A DNA stretch of 20,000 nt from an uncultured virus (IMG/VR IMGVR_UViG_3300025879_000014) (Duplodnaviria; Heunggongvirae; Uroviricota; Caudoviricetes). Position 1 is the first letter of the stretch, and every line of letters starts with the position of its first letter. The translations under genes were made by a program, and so were the position numbers. The notes below the pieces were generated by a model. It saw only the letters and a program-made list of their open reading frames with translations, did no database searches and had not been told where the DNA came from. The stretch lies in IMG/VR virus record IMGVR_UViG_3300025879_000014; one strand, given 5' to 3'. Positions 16,612-20,000 of this stretch are shown here, one piece after another.

Positions 16612-19600
16612 TATGCATCAAACTCCACTTCTAACTTATCTACATCTTTACGTTCACCATACACTACGTAGAAACAGTTAACTTCTTCAGCATCAGAACC
16701 AACTGTTACAGTATAGCCATCTAGGTCTTCAACCCATACATGTGCTCTACCGATAGGTGTAAGGTCGACAGTAATAGAATCTTCGTGAACTAAACCAGTC
16801 CAACATTCTGGTAATTCTATAACATTGTCGCCTTTTAATCTACCACGAACATATACACCATTCTCAGGACCCTCTAATGAGCCGTAGCGAAGTTTTTTAC
16901 CTTCCTTAGTAGGATGATCTATAGTAAACGATTTCTGAGTTGCTGTAAGTAAGCCAACGACTTCTACACCAGTTGAAGTAGTGGCGAGTTTAGTTGTGCC
17001 GTTATATCTGAGGTCAACTTTACCGTTCAGATCACCGTAGATCATCCACTCGTTGTTAACGTCGTTGTAGATACCCCAGCTGTTCGCATCAACGTCATGC
17101 ATAAAGACAACACGACCATTGATACTATAACCACCCCATCCTTCTTTACCAGCACTATATGTTTGTACAGTACCGTAATTGCCTTCAACACCGCCTTGTC
17201 CGACTCGGAAAGTTATTTCGTCGTTGTCTCGGAATTCTATATAAGAATCGTGTACGATACGAATCGCCCAGGTACCATCTTTATCTAATAAACCGAAGTT
17301 AGTATCACTATCGCCATACACGTAGCCATGCAAGTTTCCGGAGCCGTCTAAGAATTTGATACCACCAGCGTTAGTATCACCCCATTTAAAGTTAAGGTAG
17401 CTATCGTTCCCGTCGTCATAAAAACGAACATTATCGTTAAAATGTAATTGATCAACATAATTAATTTGATAATTGTTCATATGAATGTTTCCGCCCATAT
17501 TTAAGCGGTATACATCAGTCCTAGGCTCTGCATTAACCCCTAGATTACTAGACACTCTCATGTTCTGATCAGAGTAAGTGGTTCCATCAGTTACCCGAAT
17601 CCGAGCGGTTGTTGATTGAGCACGGTTAAGGTTAAGGTCTTCGTTATAAGAACCTACTAAACCAGAATCTACTCGTAGCTCATTATTAAAGTAGAAGTTG
17701 CTTCGGTCAGTCTGTATGTGACAATGGGAAGTGTTTTGTGGACCTAGTTGTAAATAACCATCGTTCGTTTTAATTTTAAGGTGATTGAACCTGTCTGCCG
17801 TTGAAGTGCCCAATTCGCCAACAGTAATTACCTTATTTGGACCATCGTACTCGATACCTGGACCACCATATCCATACTGGTGGAATTGAATCTGCGGTTT
17901 ACGAGTATTTGTACCAGTGTTACCAGATTGAATTTGGATAGCGGATGAAGCTACAATAGAAGGCTTGTGCCAACCAGCATTTGTATCACCAACCCAATGC
18001 GATTGGCCATCGTCCCAATAAGTAGAGTAATCGTCGGAATAGTAATCAGCTTCGTCTGTGTAACTACCTTTAGCTCTTAATTGTCCATCGACAGTAAGCA
18101 TAGAAGAGCCGTATCCAGCACCTGAGTGCCACTTGCCGAGACGCCAACCAGAAGTACCAGCACCAGTATTATCTACGGCAAAAGTAATACCTCTATCATA
18201 AGTAGAAAGGCTTTGCATAGTTGTGATAAGTAAGTCGTGAGCAACAGAAGCATCTGCGGAAATACCGCCAGTAAGGTCTTTAGTGTTTGCTGTACCTTTA
18301 AACCAAGTACCATTACCCGCACCAACCCAAAATTGGTTGTGATCTTGGAAATGGAGGTTAGTCATACTTCCAAAACCTACGCTATCCCAAGAAGTACTAG
18401 ATCCCATATCTAGTCGTTTTGGAGTGTAATGATCGGTAGATACTCTGCTTAAATAATTAGAAGGGTTAAAAGAACCAGAGTGCCAATACGTAGCGCCATC
18501 TTTGTTTTGTAAAGTGGTAATAGAGCCATTAAATCTAAAGGTAGATGTATTTCCATATATACCCACTGACGGCGTAACAGTAGAATCTGCCCAAAAGTAT
18601 GTCTCTAGTGCGCCATATGTACTAGCAGTGGTACGGATACGGAATCTTCCATGCGCATTAGCATTAAGATGTACGCCTTTGTTCCAACCTCCAGTATTAT
18701 TGTCGGCAACCTGATCCCCGATACGCAAATAGCTTTGACCAGAGCCATCGCCCATAGTCATACCGCCTGAAATAGCTAAGGCACCGCTGCTATTTAAAGC
18801 CAGGTGCTCAACCCCATCATTAATACCGTTATGCATCCTAACAGTAAACGTAGGAGCGCCGTCAGTACCTTTTCTTGCGCCATTAAGACTAACCCCATAA
18901 GTACTACTGGTACTAGTTCCTAACATGACTGATGTAAGACCAGTTGTGTTAGTGGTGGATGATGGAAGTAACTTTATATGAGCGTTATCGGCTGTTGCTG
19001 AAGTATGCTGCCCTTTGGTTATTACGTACCTGCCATTGCCTGTGATGTTTCCACCAGCATCCATGGAGAAGTTATTGTAACTATTATTATCATGACCCAT
19101 TCTAAAAATGTTATCGTCAGAAGACCAACGCATCTTAAACGCCTGACTAGATGCCGCAGGATAGCCACCTGCTTGATAGTCATTAAAGATTATCTCAGCA
19201 TCAGTCTCTTCAGTGTTTTCTAAGATTAACTTAGGTTCTGCTTTTAAGACATGGAGGTCGCCAGAAGCTTTAACACCAGCGCTGTTAATAATGCCGGATA
19301 GATGTAGGTCTTTCCATTTATTACTAGTCTGTCCCAGATCTCTAGTCCCATTGGTAGCAAGCCCATTTCCGTCTACAGGAATTACGCCATTACTGTTTAA
19401 GAGTATACCTGTTTCTGCATCATTGGAAGCGAAGTAGGGCTCGGAACCATAACTTATCCCTATGCTTCCGTATCGTACACCAGACCTAAATAACCTAATC
19501 AAATCTCCGTCAGAGCCTGTTCGATTTATATTTACTGTTGAGTTAGCGTTTTTAGTAGCATTATAGTAGGAAAACCCAGCACGTCCTTCTTTTCTTAGGT

Positions 19601-20000
19601 TATGTCCGTTATCCGAGGAAGTGTTACTACTATTATCCCAAACAACAACGTCTGTAGTACCAACCAACAAATTACCAGAGTTATCAACTCGCATAAGCTC
19701 GCTGTCGGCGCTATCAGCCCATCTAAATTGAGCATTAGTAGGACTGGCTTGTTTAGCTCTAAATATCATGCCCCAATTAGAATCAGAGTAAATTGACCCC
19801 GCTACATATTGACCACTGCCGTTAACAGTTAATGAACTTCCAGTTATGCTTGCGCCCGTGATATTACGACTATCGTCTATTACAGTTGTTTCACCTACCC
19901 GAAAATCACCACTAGCAGTCATTATGAAAGTATTAGCAGTTCCACCATTTGTCCTAAAGTTTATGTTCCTAGACGATGCAGAGCAAATATACAAGCCATC
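16611..20000 (-). CDS. Large mosaic tail fibre protein (partial; 5' end beyond the right edge)
   Basis: The frame is open to the window edge, so the TTG 'start' at 19994 is an artefact. It contains fibre motifs MRVDNSGNLLVGTT, DLGQTSNKWKDLHLSG, YWHSGSFNP, LRYNGTTKLATTSTGVEV and the C-terminal KSFTIDHP...LRYGSLEGPENGVYVRG domain. Confidence 0.85.
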   Translation of the reverse strand, partial: DGLYICSASSRNINFRTNGGTANTFIMTASGDFRVGETTVIDDSRNITGASITGSSLTVNGSGQYVAGSIYSDSNWGMIFRAKQASPTNAQFRWADSADSELMRVDNSGNLLVGTTDVVVWDNSSNTSSDNGHNLRKEGRAGFSYYNATKNANSTVNINRTGSDGDLIRLFRSGVRYGSIGISYGSEPYFASNDAETGILLNSNGVIPVDGNGLATNGTRDLGQTSNKWKDLHLSGIINSAGVKASGDLHVLKAEPKLILENTEETDAEIIFNDYQAGGYPAASSQAFKMRWSSDDNIFRMGHDNNSYNNFSMDAGGNITGNGRYVITKGQHTSATADNAHIKLLPSSTTNTTGLTSVMLGTSTSSTYGVSLNGARKGTDGAPTFTVRMHNGINDGVEHLALNSSGALAISGGMTMGDGSGQSYLRIGDQVADNNTGGWNKGVHLNANAHGRFRIRTTASTYGALETYFWADSTVTPSVGIYGNTSTFRFNGSITTLQNKDGATYWHSGSFNPSNYLSRVSTDHYTPKRLDMGSSTSWDSVGFGSMTNLHFQDHNQFWVGAGNGTWFKGTANTKDLTGGISADASVAHDLLITTMQSLSTYDRGITFAVDNTGAGTSGWRLGKWHSGAGYGSSMLTVDGQLRAKGSYTDEADYYSDDYSTYWDDGQSHWVGDTNAGWHKPSIVASSAIQIQSGNTGTNTRKPQIQFHQYGYGGPGIEYDGPNKVITVGELGTSTADRFNHLKIKTNDGYLQLGPQNTSHCHIQTDRSNFYFNNELRVDSGLVGSYNEDLNLNRAQSTTARIRVTDGTTYSDQNMRVSSNLGVNAEPRTDVYRLNMGGNIHMNNYQINYVDQLHFNDNVRFYDDGNDSYLNFKWGDTNAGGIKFLDGSGNLHGYVYGDSDTNFGLLDKDGTWAIRIVHDSYIEFRDNDEITFRVGQGGVEGNYGTVQTYSAGKEGWGGYSINGRVVFMHDVDANSWGIYNDVNNEWMIYGDLNGKVDLRYNGTTKLATTSTGVEVVGLLTATQKSFTIDHPTKEGKKLRYGSLEGPENGVYVRGRLKGDNVIELPECWTGLVHEDSITVDLTPIGRAHVWVEDLDGYTVTVGSDAEEVNCFYVVYGERKDVDKLEVEFDA

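Noticed and set aside
1395..19796. Plus-strand ORFs in the track (e.g. 1395-1826, 8305-8595, 12974-13279)
   Set aside because: All are antisense shadows lying within convincing minus-strand genes and carry no recognisable motifs.
13130..20000. Diversity-generating retroelement or invertase/shufflon acting on the adhesins
   Set aside because: No reverse transcriptase or recombinase is present. No ~100-bp TR/VR pair or inverted recombination sites were seen by eye. A template elsewhere in the genome cannot be excluded.
1..20000. Alternative genetic code, tRNAs, CRISPR array
   Set aside because: Genes are full length under code 11, with TAA, TAG and TGA all used as stops. The window is almost entirely coding, with no repeat-spacer or cloverleaf pattern.

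Overview
This window is part of the late structural-gene region of a T4-like (T4-superfamily) myophage, with all supported genes on the minus strand. The left ~6 kb holds the conserved core in T4 order: gp13, gp14, gp15, gp16, gp17 and gp18 (gp18 runs off the left edge and is missing from the ORF track). The right ~14 kb lies where T4 has gp12/wac and is an adhesin/fibre region. It contains a large tail fibre (open at the right edge), three lectin-like proteins (LamG + beta-propeller; LamG + ILEI-like + fibrinogen-like; a CBM-like protein) and a small acidic ORF. It also contains two apparently paralogous three-gene cassettes (short fibre/adaptor, variable tip protein, assembly chaperone), each preceded by a T4 late-promoter-like TAAATA motif. 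A 15-bp hairpin links the gp13 late promoter to its ribosome-binding site. All family assignments come from motif recognition by eye, not database searches. No RNA genes, CRISPR arrays or mobile elements were seen.
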